Source: Bispira polyomma (Eukaryota). Taken from it: a stretch of DNA of 64,000 nt. The stretch lies in assembly GCA_965649765.1 (NCBI GenBank), contig OZ287757.1:27342001-27406000 (forward strand). The letters run 5' to 3'. The notes under the pieces are model-generated. The model searched no databases and had not been told where the DNA came from. It saw only the letters and a program-made list of their open reading frames with translations. Shown in pieces: positions 50,563 to 64,000 of the stretch (its first letter is position 1; each line of letters starts with the position of its first letter). The translations under genes were made by a program, and so were the position numbers.

Positions 50563-51769
50563 CATGGCTACATGAAACCAGCCCATATTATATATCTAAT
50601 AAAGCATAATTAGACATGTTATCTGGTTGGCATACATATATATCTTTATTTAAAATCATACATTTTTTAAAAAATCCAAGGTATTCTCTATTCATATCTA
50701 AAATCTGTGTACCTGTGAACTGTTGTAGGGGGACATAGAAGTATCGAGGTCAAAGTACACGCAGCTCCGTGAGTATACTAAAACCAAACAATTCATTTAT
50801 CCAAACAATAAACGGTATTGCCTAGGTCTCTAATCTCAAAAGAAACTCAAATAAAAACTATGTGTAAGTCTATGTAACTGGAAACAACATATGGGTGTGA
50901 ATATTCATTTTAATAAAGCTTTCAGTGCTAAACTCAAGTATGAAGTCAGATGTTGCTTAATCAGAGATATGTACACTTCAGATATTAGCTTTAGTCTAAG
51001 TTGGGATTTTTAAATAATATGGCCACACAGAAACAAATAATATGTCAACCAGTATAGCCTAGTGGCTAACACAATCAGGAGCAGGACCTTTGTTCAATTC
51101 CATCCTGGGATTCACAGGTACACATCTAGGTCCAGCAGTGGCCCGGTGGTTAGAAGCGCCTGCTTAAAAATCAATGGCCTCTCCCCAATGTATGTTTGAA
51201 TCCTGATTGTCAGGTGATTGCCATAGCTCCGTGGTTTACAGTACTTCAGCACTGGTTTATTACACCTTTGAATCTACCCATCACGTTATGACCTAAGCTG
51301 TTAAAACCAGCGTGAAAACCTAAAAAAACTAAATTTGCTGGAAACATGTTTACACACAGTTCGGAAAACCATTTCGGGAGCGTTCCTGAGGGTATATAAG
51401 GGGGCCAGTGACAACAATCTATATTCATTCAGCTAGAGTATCTTGGGGAATTCACAACTATCAACTATTTTACAATTCTACAGACAGAAATTGTTATTGA
51501 GATTATTATTGTGATTATTATTGAGAATAGGAATTTATGGTTTTTTGGAGAATAAAATATTACAGTTAGAAAATTATGTGACCAAACTCAAAGAGAAATA
51601 TCAGGATGAGGAGAACCAATAATTTATGGGAATCCCCATTGCCATGAGACACAGCTTTCCCAGCATTCACAGACCCCGGTGACTGAGCAGGTGGGAACCC
51701 AAGAGCTTTATGGGGAGGATTAGGCTGACACAGCTGGTGATAGAGAGGTGGCTTTCATATTGAGGAAAC

Positions 51770-52040
51770 CGAAGAAGGGGAAGATGCGTATGGTCATGTT
51801 CAGTGATGCAGAGGAAGATCCAAAATACAATAACACCCAGGCTAAAGACCTATTGTGACTGGAGTTCTGCTTGGGCAAGGGAATGTACATGGAAGAAGTG
51901 AGGAAGTGGTTTCAATCACAGAGGACTATCTATAACAAGCTGAGCATCAGGAAGTCTGGCCAGGTAACACCTGAGTTGACAGAGAGGCAGCACTGGGTCA
52001 AGAACACCTTTGACTTTTTAAAACCTCACATTATATGACA
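51770..52040 (+). pseudogene. Remnant of a Harbinger accessory (MADF/Myb-like) ORF
   Basis: KWFQSQRTIYNKLSIRKSGQ..ELTERQHWVKNTFDFLKPHI resembles Harbinger DNA-binding ORFs; stops present. Confidence 0.6.
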
Positions 52041-53974
52041 TGTCTCGAGAACATCCGGCTTTAGACCGGTCGCATCCACCCAAAACATCCAAGAACAATG
52101 TCGGAGCTGTTGTTGAAAAAACCATAAAAACCCCTCATGACAAGAAGCATACTGCTTGCACAAATAAATTTTAATAACACACATACACACAAATAAACAA
52201 TACCCCCCCCCACACACACACACATAAATAAGAAATAAATTGTTAACTTTTAAACTAATAAACCCCGCAAGTATAAATTTGCCCAACATACACCACAGAA
52301 GGAAAATACTTGGCCCCTAAACAAATATTTTTTGTAAAAATGCAATACTACAAACCATCCCAGGTAGAAATGTGACAAGTTCACACCCCCCCCCCCCTTT
52401 ATAAATATGTGGAAAACCCCTAAGTAAAACTATGTTGAGTCAAGTCCCTTCATGTGGAAACCCCCCTAAGTAGAACGCTGTTGAGCCAAGTCCACCAGTC
52501 ACCAGTAAGTCAACTGCCAGCCTTCCCACATACACCCCAGAGCAAAGATTTAAACCCACAACAGCAGTTGTAGAGGGGAGTATATTACCACGACAACACA
52601 GAAGTCCCCAGCTTAGTTCATGTAATTACACTCGTTCTGCATATAGAACTTTGTAACACTGACTTGTCTGCCTATCCTAAATCTTGATCAAAACTAAATG
52701 AGGAATGGTGCACTTTATTTACCATTAATGTAAAGTCCCCCAAAATTCCCCAAGAAGAATATAGAAGAAAGGAAATTGCGTCAATATCCTAATTACTGTA
52801 AAACTGGAAAATTATATTACCACCCCATTTTTTGGTATTTTTACTAATTAGCTAGATCAGTACAAATTTATTCTCAGTTCAAATTTTAGTGTAATGTAAA
52901 ATAATATTCATATGGGTTTTGAGAAATTGTAATTTAATGATATTTTCTTTTTACTAAACTTCCAATAAAATACAAAAATACCATAATATATCAAATTAAG
53001 CACTGGAGGTTGGCTGGTTTATTCTCTATAAACATAACCTCACTTATTTACTTCCTTGTGATGTACATTATATATCTCTATGACTTTTCATATAAGAGGG
53101 CTCTGTTTACGGTTCGTGCAATTTGTCTACAAGAGGAGAAATTTGAACACTGAATGTGGAGAAGTGTTTTATACCCCATATGAAAACCTCTGTACAAATT
53201 TGCCTTGTTAAAACTTAAGTATCTTATTTATGAGTCGAAAAAACATATTAATCAGTTGGACTTTTAAATCTACATGGAATACATATCTCACGATAGACTA
53301 TCTTGGTGAGACTATAGTAATAAAGATTATTCTTGTGTTAGTGTGGTATAAATAGCAAGCACTTATGTGTTTATAAGGATTTATAGCAAATAGATTTATA
53401 TGTTATTGGTGTGAATTAAGGGAAGTGACAAGCTACTATGATAGTGGGATATACTATAAATATATGATAGAGGATAAAGCCAGGCATTATATCAGGTAAT
53501 ACTTTCAAATACCTTGCTTAATCTATATACATATATAGCTAGTAATTTATACTGTTAAATGTGTATGATACTGTTTATTCTGGATTGTGTTCCCATAGAT
53601 ATTGCCGTTTCTTGCCATGCTGTAACGCCTTCACATTTAATATTTTAACAAATTATGTTGGCTATAATTTAAATCAGAAGACTCTTCCACATTTTACCTT
53701 GATTATTTTTACTTAAAATGTATTATTTGAAATACATTTCTACGCTGTTCATTACTACCCTGAGTTAGCAAATCGTTGTAAATGTGAAATGGCAACAAAA
53801 ACGTAAGAAATAAAACCCTAAATTAAGGAATCTGCTAGTCAAAAATATATGGAATTGAAGATAAATGGTTCTATTTTGTATACCAACCTTAGGTAAGTAC
53901 AGATCATGTAAACTTTACTTAGACATAGTTTTAGTTTCTGAATATTTAACATCCATGTTCTTTGTGAGAACCTG

Positions 53975-54245
53975 TTGGCGCATGCGCACACCATCTTTTC
54001 CTGTGGGATTCCCTGGGGGTTTTCCGATTGGAATTTTTTGACAGAATAAGACCTGTTAATATTTATTAAATACAAATGATCCCCAATGATATATTTCTAA
54101 TTATTGTAGCCAACTTTGGTAAGAATTAGCAATAATTTAATCAACGCAAGTAAAGGAAGCAACACTACACATGTCCTTGACATTATATGATGACCGCGTG
54201 ATGGATTACAGAAACCTAAAATGGCGGACAAAATACCGGAAATAG
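53975..54245 (+). promoter_or_regulatory. Candidate promoter of gene C: NRF1-like, two kappaB-like, YY1-like and ETS-like motifs
   Basis: GCGCATGCGC 53978-53987, GGGATTCCC 54005-54013, GGGGTTTTCC 54016-54025, AAAATGGCGG ~54218, ACCGGAAA ~54235, locally CpG-rich, ~2 kb upstream of the ATG exon. Confidence 0.45.
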
Positions 54246-56144
54246 ACAAATTGGCTAATATATATATATACCTTGTGACGTTTTCTAAACAAAAATTGTG
54301 AACGGTTAATAACCTTTATTAAAGTAAAAATTTCATGTATTTAAAACAAATGAAGTGTATGCCTAAATGTGCTGTTTCACATTTACAACGATTTGCTATT
54401 GTAAACAACTCTGTCGCCAACAGCGGCAAATCAGAAAAAAAATGGCCGGTTCGGCGACAGAGAACTCAGTCTCGGTTCAAGGTATCTGTCACATATCGCA
54501 TATCACGGCAGTTAATTGGTGGAGGAAATCTGGTCAGGGAAGTTGATCAAGATTTCTGTTCAGCAAACAACCTGCTTTCAGCTAGTCCACTGTCATGTTT
54601 CCCACTTACATGACCGTAACGGTAAATTTCGAAGCCCACGACTGCAGAGGTGGGAGTCAAATTTGTTACCACTACATAACTAAGGCTCCAAACTGCACAA
54701 CATGACATTGAAGATAATTATAAACGATTTGGTGTTTCAGTTTGTGTCTCTGTTGGGTCACCAAAGTGATCAGAATTCCACATAAAAGGCTGATTCATTG
54801 AAACAGTCCATGACAAAACTAGGTGTATACATATAAGACGGGAAAAGCATATTATACACTTGAAAGGTATGTTGTGTGTTTCAAGAAATTACACGTGTAT
54901 TAGGCAAATTAATATCCTTTGATAAACTGCACTATGCTCAATATTTTGTAAGGCCACTATTGCTGGCATTAGGCAGTAGCCTAAGGTAGTTCATTCAAAT
55001 TTAACCAATCACAATTGGATATCGCATAATTTCATAAAAATATTTCTTTATTTTCTTGATAAAATTTGTATGGTTCTGAGTTTGTTAAAGATGGCTTTGC
55101 TAGAGTGAGCTTTGGTGATGAATTGACCCAGTTTAGCTATTCTTGTGTTCAGTCTAAATATAATAATGGTTGGTATTGCAGGTAAATGTAAGTCTTTGGT
55201 TTAGGATGTTTCTGCAAGTACTACAACTGTAAACAGTGATTATTATCTAGGCATGGCGTTAAAATAGACCTTTCTATCACTGATAGTATGAGGTGCAATA
55301 TATAGGGAAGGCTATAGACCAAATTGCTACAAAAACGTGGTTATCTTAGAATCCATTTTCAACAACCTTGATGAATTTTATTGTTACACCAGTCACTGGA
55401 TAAAAAACAATGGAATAAAGCTGCATGTGGAAACCAGGGCTTTTTATGTTCTTCTAAAGACAGAGCTACTTAAAACATTAAGGGAAATGTGGTCCTGTGG
55501 GTAAGGCGGTCATTAAAAGCAAAAAAAAAAGACATCGATTTTGTCCTGTGCTCCCAGGTAGCAAAAACAAGTTATTGATAGAAGAGGTTAGAAATAAGGG
55601 GTTTCTTTTTTTAAAAGTTTAACCTTGAAGGTCATATATTAAGTAAGAAAGTGATGATCTATAAGTTAAAAACATAAACAGGTTAAAGTTAAAATGCTTA
55701 AAGTACAGGTTTAGGTAGTGTGAATGGAAGTAAAGGTAAAAGAGTGGAATTTACTAAGCTTGTAGTAGCCACAGGAATACCCTCTAACTACAAATGGAGA
55801 AACATTTGATTGGCCAGTTAGTGATCAGTCGCTCTGTAAGAAACAAGTAGGTTTTACAACATAAAATAAGGTAGGATACCACAAGGACCGGAGTTTCTTA
55901 CTGCCTGTACGATGGTAGCATTTGTAGTGGCCTGGATGACTGCTCAAGTTGAAATCCTTTGCTATCCTCAGTGGCTGGCTAAAGAATTGATGATATATTG
56001 ATAAACATACAGATACTGGTACTAGATGCATGCATGTTGGCATATATGCACACACACCAAACAAATTTGTTAATATGTATCAAAAAACATGAAAATATAA
56101 TTTGCTTTTTTATTTAAATCAATCCAGGTTTTTTTGTGTCAAAA

Positions 56145-59100
56145 ATGGATTTGTCCACACGATACAATGACATGAATGACACGTCCTTGACAACCAATTC
56201 TACAATAGCGGGTACTTAGCCATATTCATTTTAAATTGTTTATAGTTTAATAATGTGTACGATGTATTTAACTTTAGGTTCATTCCGAACTACCAAAAAG
56301 CCATTTTTTCAATAACCATGCAAAAAAATTAATGTGCCTGTAACTATTTTTCCACCTTGTCTCATAATTATAAATGGATAGGTGTAACCTATATTTCCTA
56401 CATCAGCACTAAGCTATCTCCAATGTGTTTATACCTTATACTAAGCAATATCCACAATTATAACAATTGTGTTGTTTATTATTATTATTAGTTTTAGCTG
56501 ATTCATCAGTCAGCTCATTCCCAGTTATAATTGTTGCGACAGTATGTGGACTTCTACTACTCGTGTTTGCTATACTATGTGTCACTACACATTATTGGAG
56601 AGCCAGAGAAGACAGGGGAGTGGATATGGAGCTAATAGAAAATGTATGGAGCTTATAGATTTACATGTTAATTAAGAAGGCCTTCTTTTTTTAATTACTA
56701 AACTCATACAAACCATTCATCCGGCTGTGTATGCACAATGATTAACATTCTAAATTTTTTATCTCAACCAATTTCTTTGGCTCCAAGGGATACGATTGGC
56801 TATGAAAATTCTAGAAATGCAAGCTACCCTTGTGAATAAACTACCCTTGGATGAGAACAATAACCATTGTCTATTGTTTCAATAATTGCCATCCATATCT
56901 GTTGTTAAATAAACAACCAAGTATTTTTAATATATTGACAACCACTGTCACTTTAGGGCTGATGGGCCCGTCCCACTTTTCTAACCTTGTTGCATTTTTG
57001 GTGTGATGTAGTTGTTATTCTGTGATCGCAGCTGGTCACCTGCCAATAATGTAACCTCTCTCCCAAATATGGTAAGATAGTGCTCATAAGCAATCTCAAT
57101 TTGACCATATTTGGACCATTGTATGATCAATTGCGAATCAGAGCAATCCAACTACATTCTTTGCAAATGCTGTGAGGTAACTTACATGCTGGTTGTTCGC
57201 AATCAATTACGACCATTTGCAACTGTATTACGACCAATTACAATGACTGTGCATTCCCTAATGGAACCAGTATGTGCACTGTACAACAATTGCGGTCTCA
57301 GTTGATTATTTGGGAAGGTACCAAAACCTCTTATCTGGATCTCCAGTTAGTGTGATTATCATCACGATCCTAGCATGCGTACAGGTAAAAAAAATGATCA
57401 AATCTAGGTTACTTTTAAAGGACTTAAAACTCTGACCATTGAGTTATTGTTTGTTGGTCTATTGATGGTAACACAATTAACTGTTAGCTTAATATCTGAA
57501 TGCTGCTGACAGGCTGGAATTTCTGACGCGTATGTGGGACGAGTGCTTTGGTTCTACGCTGCCTTTATATGATCAGTATGAGCATCTGATGGCCTTGGAG
57601 GACATAATAGCTTTCAATGAATTTGTTAGGGTCCACCCAGATATATTTCAGGAGCTGGGGGATCATTTGGTGCACAGGATTGAGAGGGCAAACACTTTCA
57701 TTTACAGGTTTATTGAACTAGCCTGCAGACTGGCCATCACCTTTAAACATCTGGTAATTAATATAAATCCATTATGTTTAGCTTCTGCATGGCTGCCGAC
57801 ACCATCTCTAACATAGTAGATCAGTGGAAGGTTGTTAGATTGGCCGTCAGATAGGCTAGATAGTTTGCTTCTCGCTGGAATTTCCAAACATTGAGGCTAG
57901 TAATGAAAGCATGTAGCCATCAGGTGTCGTAATAACAGGAGGTCACTACTATAATTAAAAAGGTTTCATTATACTCGTGGCACTGGTGGATGTGGACTAT
58001 ACGTTTATATTGGTGGATTCCCAGTTTATTAATGCCTGCCAACTGAAAGAGGCCATTAAAGATTAAAGGCACTATTAGCTTCGCCCCTGATGAGTTCCTA
58101 TTCAGGGATAACAAGCCCATGCCTTACTTCATAGTTATACTCTTTATAGTTTGACTGCGGAAATAATGTATTAAGCCAGTTCAAGATAAACACTCGCCGT
58201 AGGTTATCAAGGACCAGGATAATGGTCGAAAATGTATTTTGAGATTTTGGTCTACAGATTTGGCTGTCTCTTGACCACAAATAAGACCCAGACAGCTTGC
58301 CTGCTGCACACTGCGTCACTTAATAAAGACCATATACCCAGGGAGCCAAGCAGGTCCACTGGATCTGAATAATGCCAATCATTGTCTCATCCCTGGGCAT
58401 GGGGTCAGGGACTAGAATTACCAAACGTGGGCCAACAGGACAGTACCAAAATGGATTCTACAACTCCCCTCAGGATCAGTGCTATGACAGGACCAGATGA
58501 TCAGATGAGACATATTTATCACTGGTCCTTTCCAGGGGCAACATATGTGCCAGGGCCGTGCCTAGTGCCGTGGAGGCCCTTAAGAAAGGGGTCTACAGGT
58601 GTTGCATGCTAGTTATACTCATCAACGTGTGGTACTGTTGTGGTGGCTGTAGTTGTAGTACCGGGTTTGTGTTGTTGTGCCTGGCTGCTACTGTGGCTGT
58701 GGTTTAGGCTGCAGTGTTTTGTATGACAGCTACTGCGTGGGCTTTATTACCACCTGTTGAGAAGGAGGCCCATGACACCAGGCTGCTACTGGTGCTCGTG
58801 CTGATACACCACTTCACTCTCCTGCCCAAACTGGTTGTAGGTGGTAGTCATTGTGCTCTCAAAGCGGTTCTAAATGTTGGTATGTATATCCTTGTGAGTA
58901 CCAGCAGTCAGCTACAACCCCTATAAACTCTGCTGAATGTGTGGTAAGGAACTGGGTTGGCTGTTGTTGCTATTTTATCATCTGCAGCAGGTCTCCCTCT
59001 CTGGCACCTTTCTGGCGAGGGTGAGGACTTGGGTGCAGGAGTCTGGGTCCAGATTCCGCTGAGAGGGCTACATCGACTATCAACCTCCATAGCCTCAATG

Positions 59101-62100
59101 GGTAAAATCATGAAGGGGTATCAGACTGACTGAATGGAACGGTGGAGGTTTCTGGCCTAATGAGCTGTAAGGATAAAGATTGAACAATACCATTAGTCAA
59201 ACAATGAAGGCATCTCCAAATGAATACAATTTTCCATCAAATTCTGGACTGAAAAGTAATATATCCGAAAAATGTTTTTAACTTCTGGACTGGGCCAGAA
59301 GATAAACTAAAACATGTTACTGATAAAATTTTTAAAAAAAATTGGTACTTTCAATTACAACTTTAATTACCACTTCACTTACCAATTTAATTACTTTTCT
59401 GTACTGAACTGAAAAAATTTACAAATCAATGAAAATCATATGATACTTACAGTGGAGCTGACTCGGCCAGCATGTCAGGTAATGTTGCTATTCAGATCAG
59501 TTTACCTCTTCGACTAGGATTTGCAGGTCACACTCCTCTTGATTTGAGAATGCTTCCCAATCGCAAAGATCTCATGCTCCAATAATCAAATGTTTGTATA
59601 CAATGATTGTATTGAGGTCAAATTTGTTTGCTTTTGAGTTGCATGGGTTTGTATTAGGATTGTAAAGGTTGTTTTGACATCACAATCAGTTCACCATTGC
59701 ATCGCATACAAACAGCTGGATTACCTCAATGATATGAAAGGGCGAGCCATATGCTATCACTGCTCGACTATTACGTCCTTCATTCTTACACTGGAACCAT
59801 GGTACTATTTTATTGGAAACCACTGTGTGATCATGGGGATCTGTTAGACACCTAATTGGGCGTTTGAAACAACATGCTACTCACACTGCTCCCACAGGAG
59901 TCACAATGCAAAATCACTTAAGTGGTAATAATTATGATTTATTATAACAAAAACACGCAAAACTTTCACTGCATGATCCAACTATGATGAGAGATAATTA
60001 TGCTCTATGGGATGTGGTGTCACTTCCTTGGCCAGTAGTTAGGACTGCATGGTTACTGAATATACAGGAGGTAGAGAAAGGCTTGCATACATGGTATAAC
60101 ACTACGCAATGATCTCCGAACAGGCTTTGCAACTAGTTGTAAACATTTTAATACTGGTAAGTAATCAGATCATGATACTTTAAAACACATCCATTGGTAT
60201 TTTGTCAAATTTCTGGGGATGTTTTAGAGCTAACACTAACAAACAGGTAGAAAACCAGTAATAAATGGGGGTGTATTCAGAAAAAATGTGACGGAATGCA
60301 TGGAAGGATATGTTGGAAAACTATCTAGTCACCTCCTGATATAATAAACAAGTTAAGAACTTTACAAATCACTATTCTGCCCCTCAATATGTCAATATGT
60401 CATAGATACCTAATACCTTACATGAATGATATGCATGTGCCAGGTCCAGTTGCAACAGTTAATTCATCGCATTATCATTGCTCACTGCTATTAGCAAGTC
60501 CCAAAGACATTTTTTTTGTTATTTTGAACTCAAGATATCCCGAGGAAGTTTCAATAAACAACAATGGAATTTTACAGAGTGAAGTCTGTACTAACATTAA
60601 CTTTTTTCAAAATTGATGTTTCCCACACCTTTCGAAATTTGAAAACTTGGGAGATGATCATTAACTTGATCTGGCCATAGTGGCCGGCTCTGTGACACAG
60701 TGACATCACACAAGTGCAAATATAATTTTAATAGGTGTTTAGCAACTTTAATAATTCAAATTTTTAATCCGAAACTTTAAATCTACAATGTAAATGCAAT
60801 ATCCAAACTACTGTTCATCAATGATATCCTACCTTGAGCCACAGCTATTTGGGACTCGCTCTTACGCATAGTCACTTCAACCTCATTCTTCTTCCTTGCC
60901 GCTGATTGGTAGCTGCTGATTGGTAGTAGTTCACTAGTGGACATTCTTCTCCATTATCCATGACTCACAGTCTATTGATAGTAGCCTCACAGCAGCTTTG
61001 CAGTGCCTCATACTAGGACAGTAGATTCCTTGTCACCAATAAAGATGTGGTTTCCTATTGTGGAGATTAGTCTGCAAGATAGAAGGGAGTAAGGATGCTG
61101 AAGGATGGTGAATGTTTGTACCACTGCTACTCAAGATATCCCGAGGAAGTTTCAATAAACAACAATGGAATTTTTCAGAGTGAAGTCTGTACTAACATTA
61201 ACTTTTTTCAAAATTGATGTTTCCCACGCCTTTCGAAATTTGAAAACTTGGGAGATAATCATTAACTTGATCTGGCCATAGTGTCCGGCTCTGTGACACA
61301 GTGACGTCACACAAGTGCAAATATAATTTTAATAGGTGTTTAGCAACTTTAACAATTCAAATTAGTCACTTCAACCTCATTCTTCTTCCTTGCCGCTGAT
61401 TGGTAGTAGTTCACTAGTGGACATTCTTCTCCATTATCCATGACTCACAATCTATTGATAGTAGCTTTGCAGCAGCTTTGCAGTGTCTCATACTAGGACA
61501 GTAGACTCCTTGTCACCAATAAAGATGTGGTTTCCTATTGTGGAGATTAGTCTGCAAGAAAGAAGGGAGTAAGGATGCTGAAGGATGGTGAATGTTTGTA
61601 CCACTGCCACTCAAGATATCCCGAGGAAGTTTCAATAAACAACAATGGAATTTTACAGAGTGAAGTCTGTACTAACATTAACTTTTTTCAAAATTGATGT
61701 TTCCAACACCTTTCGAAATTTGAAAACTTGGGAGATGATCATTAACTTGATCTGGCCATAGTGTCCAGCTCTGTGACACAGTGACGTCACACAAGTGCAA
61801 ATATAATTTTAATAGGTGTTTAGCAACTTTAACAATTCAAATTAGTCACTTCAACCTCAACCTCATAGTCACTTCAACCTCATTCTTCTTCCTTGCTGCT
61901 GATTGGTGGTAGTTCACTAGTGGACATTCTTCTCCATTATCCATGACTCACAGTCTATTGATAGTAGCCTCACAGCAGCTTTGCAGTGCCTCATACTAGG
62001 ACAGTAGACTCGTTGTCACCAATAAAGATGTGGTTTCCTATTGTGGAGATTAGTCTGCAAGATAGAAGGGAGTAAGGATGCTGAAGGATGGTGAATGTTT

Positions 62101-62972
62101 GTACCAAGAAGCTACCACTACAAAGAAGCCGCTACAATCAAAGCCCAAAATTTAAAGACCGTGAGTTTTAAATTTAAAGACTGGAGTTGACGGAGAAATG
62201 GGGAATAATCCTGAAGAATTGGCTACCAACTAGGGTGATTTTTGGATTTGCCTTGCTGTGCACTCCCAAAACACCACTGTTGGACCTGTGTATTACACTT
62301 CACATCTTTTGACTGTATTTTTGCGTCCAACTTCATAGATATTTACCTCAGAAAAAATATTTTTATCTTTTTAAGGTTTACACAGAGTAAGTAATATAAC
62401 TAACAAATATATTTGTAAATAAGTGTAATAAAAACATTTATTACGCATTGCACTACGTATCACACTCGATGATATATCATCAAACAGTGTCCCTCAAAAT
62501 GTATGTAAAAACTGGAAAAAATAGATATCTTAAAAAATATTCTGGTGAATATAAATTCTTACACCTTTCTAATTATTATGGTGACAACTGTTTTGCTTCA
62601 AACTTGCATTGTTACGTCTCAATCGACAGAAGGTTTACTATTTTAGGGTTTTTGGGGATATTTGTTCTTATAATTTGTTCAATTGTAAGAATGTTAATGA
62701 TAAAATATAGTGTGTAATAAAAGTAAACTTCTGTTGTGTATTTTAAAATTATATTACTCAAGAAGACAACATACTTACAAAATTCCCTGTCTTCTTTTGT
62801 TATATAATTTAATCATACACATCACTTGTGTAGTTTTACTATTGTACCACGTCCTGTAGCTCTAACATATTGAACACACAAACCTCACCATGACACAATT
62901 CCATATGTAAAAATTCATATTTCATACAATTTTATCTCTTGTAGAAAATTGATGAGGAGGCTTTGGCAGCAG
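56145..62972 (+). CDS. Gene C: 5' part of an UNC5CL-like paralog (exons 56145-56211, 56498-56643, 62945-62972; probably continues beyond the window)
   Basis: MDLSTRYNDMNDTSLTTNSTIAADSSVSSFPVIIVATVCGLLLLVFAILCVTTHYWRAREDRGVDMELIEN|KIDEEALAA. Introns are collinear with gene A introns (56690-56950 with 50-310; 62340-63120 with 770-1250; 63230-63750 with 3150-3690). Confidence 0.7.
57490..58330 (+). pseudogene. Decayed PIF/Harbinger transposase in a gene C intron
   Basis: F..FVRVHPDIFQEL..RIER.NT..RLAIT; YYN*KGFIILVALVDVDYTFILVD; RLSRTRIMVENVF*. Element ends not resolved (~56960-60250). Confidence 0.75.
60528..62106. repeat. Three-copy tandem repeat (601, 480 and 498 bp units)
   Basis: Units start actcaagatatcccgaggaag at 60528, 61129 and 61609; near-identical apart from indels. 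Confidence 0.95.
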
Positions 62973-63839
62973 GTATGTATTTGTTATACAGGTATATTAT
63001 ATATAATTGTCAATATATATCCATTAGAATGTAATGAACAAAATCTAATCAAAGCATAATTTGGTTTCGATCATGTACATTCCAGTCACATTTTAGGAGA
63101 AATTGTTGCATCATATTGCTAATTTTTACTCTTTGGTGGTTGATTGTTTGTCAACATAGTATAAACATATATTTCGTTAAACATTAATTATTAAATATTG
63201 AATGTACCTAATACAAATAGGTCAGTTGGAGTCATTAACCAATTTATTTGTTTAATGTCATAAAATGAATTGGCCTAGTGGGTAACATACTTGCTTTTAA
63301 ACACAGAGGACCTAGGTTCTTTCCCGGCAGACTCATGGGCAGATATAAAATGGTTCGAAAGATAACTCAAAATGGTGGTTCTCTGTTATTAAGGCTTTTA
63401 TCCAGTGGACTATAGAAATTTATGGACATTAACAGAAGGTCATCCTCAAGCCTCTCCTCTAGCTGTATTTAGACAGTCATGGAAACGTATATTAGTGCCA
63501 TTAGTATGAATAAAAACACAAATGAGGGTATAATCTATGTTTACTAATAATTATTTTTTGACAAATTGAGCTGCCTTTGACAACTGATTCAAGGGATAGG
63601 CTCTATTTTGTATTAGGATGGGATAGACAATGTATACCAAAATTTGGATACCAAACTTTATAAAATGTATCCTGCCATTTCATTCAATCGAAAAGGAAGA
63701 TGCTTGTCCATAGCCTTGGGGATATAAAAATATACCACGTAAACATTGTTTGTGAAAAGACTTTTCTTGTTACTTAATCAAAAGCATTCAGCTGAGGATT
63801 GAGATTTGATTGGAGTTGGTCAAAATGGCACCAGAAAGT

Positions 63840-64000
63840 ATTACATTCCACTGTTTTAACTGTTGTGGTCTCAGAAATAATAAAAAAAAAAACAATTAAA
63901 TATTTTAACTTGTTAAAGCAAAACCACTTTGGAATTACAGTATTGCAAGAGACACACTCTTTTTCAGAAGATGAAATAAAATGACAAGAGGAATGGGGTG
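63840..64000 (+). mobile_element. Start of a decayed L1/Tx1-group ORF2 (APE N-terminus)
   Basis: LNCCGLRN..K..ITVLQETH..DEIK*QEEWG with frameshift and stop. Confidence 0.7.

Noticed and set aside
58087-58112. Hammerhead core CTGATGA followed by a hairpin
   Set aside because: No GAAA after stem II; it lies inside decayed Harbinger transposase coding sequence.

Overview
AT-rich eukaryotic (metazoan, invertebrate-like) genomic DNA with spliced genes and many transposons; no prokaryotic genes, rRNA or CRISPR. (1) A tandem cluster of three paralogous + strand genes. Gene A (starts before base 1, ends 12652; 8 phase-consistent exons in the window) encodes ZU5, a probable UPA region, an acidic linker and a death domain. 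Gene C (56145 onward, runs off the window) has the same intron/exon scaffold and supplies the N-terminus: a short N-glycosylatable ectodomain with no signal peptide plus one TM helix. The family therefore looks UNC5CL/ZUD-like (TM-ZU5-UPA-DD). Gene B (36658-39681) keeps the TM N-terminus but has short Tyr-bearing exons and no recognisable ZU5/DD. In the segments I aligned, paralogous exons are more diverged than their introns. (2) A young, nearly intact Ngaro-type tyrosine-recombinase (YR) retrotransposon (19656-25884, - strand). It has split direct repeats, is integrated via a 3-bp ACA core into the A box of a tRNA-derived SINE, has gag and pol in frame across a UAG, and carries a covarying structured RNA between its 3' repeats. 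At least six further YR remnants are present. (3) Harbinger, hAT, Helentron-like, L1/Tx1, L2/CR1 and SINE copies and several tandem repeats. All gene models and family calls were made by eye and need RNA-seq/HMM confirmation.
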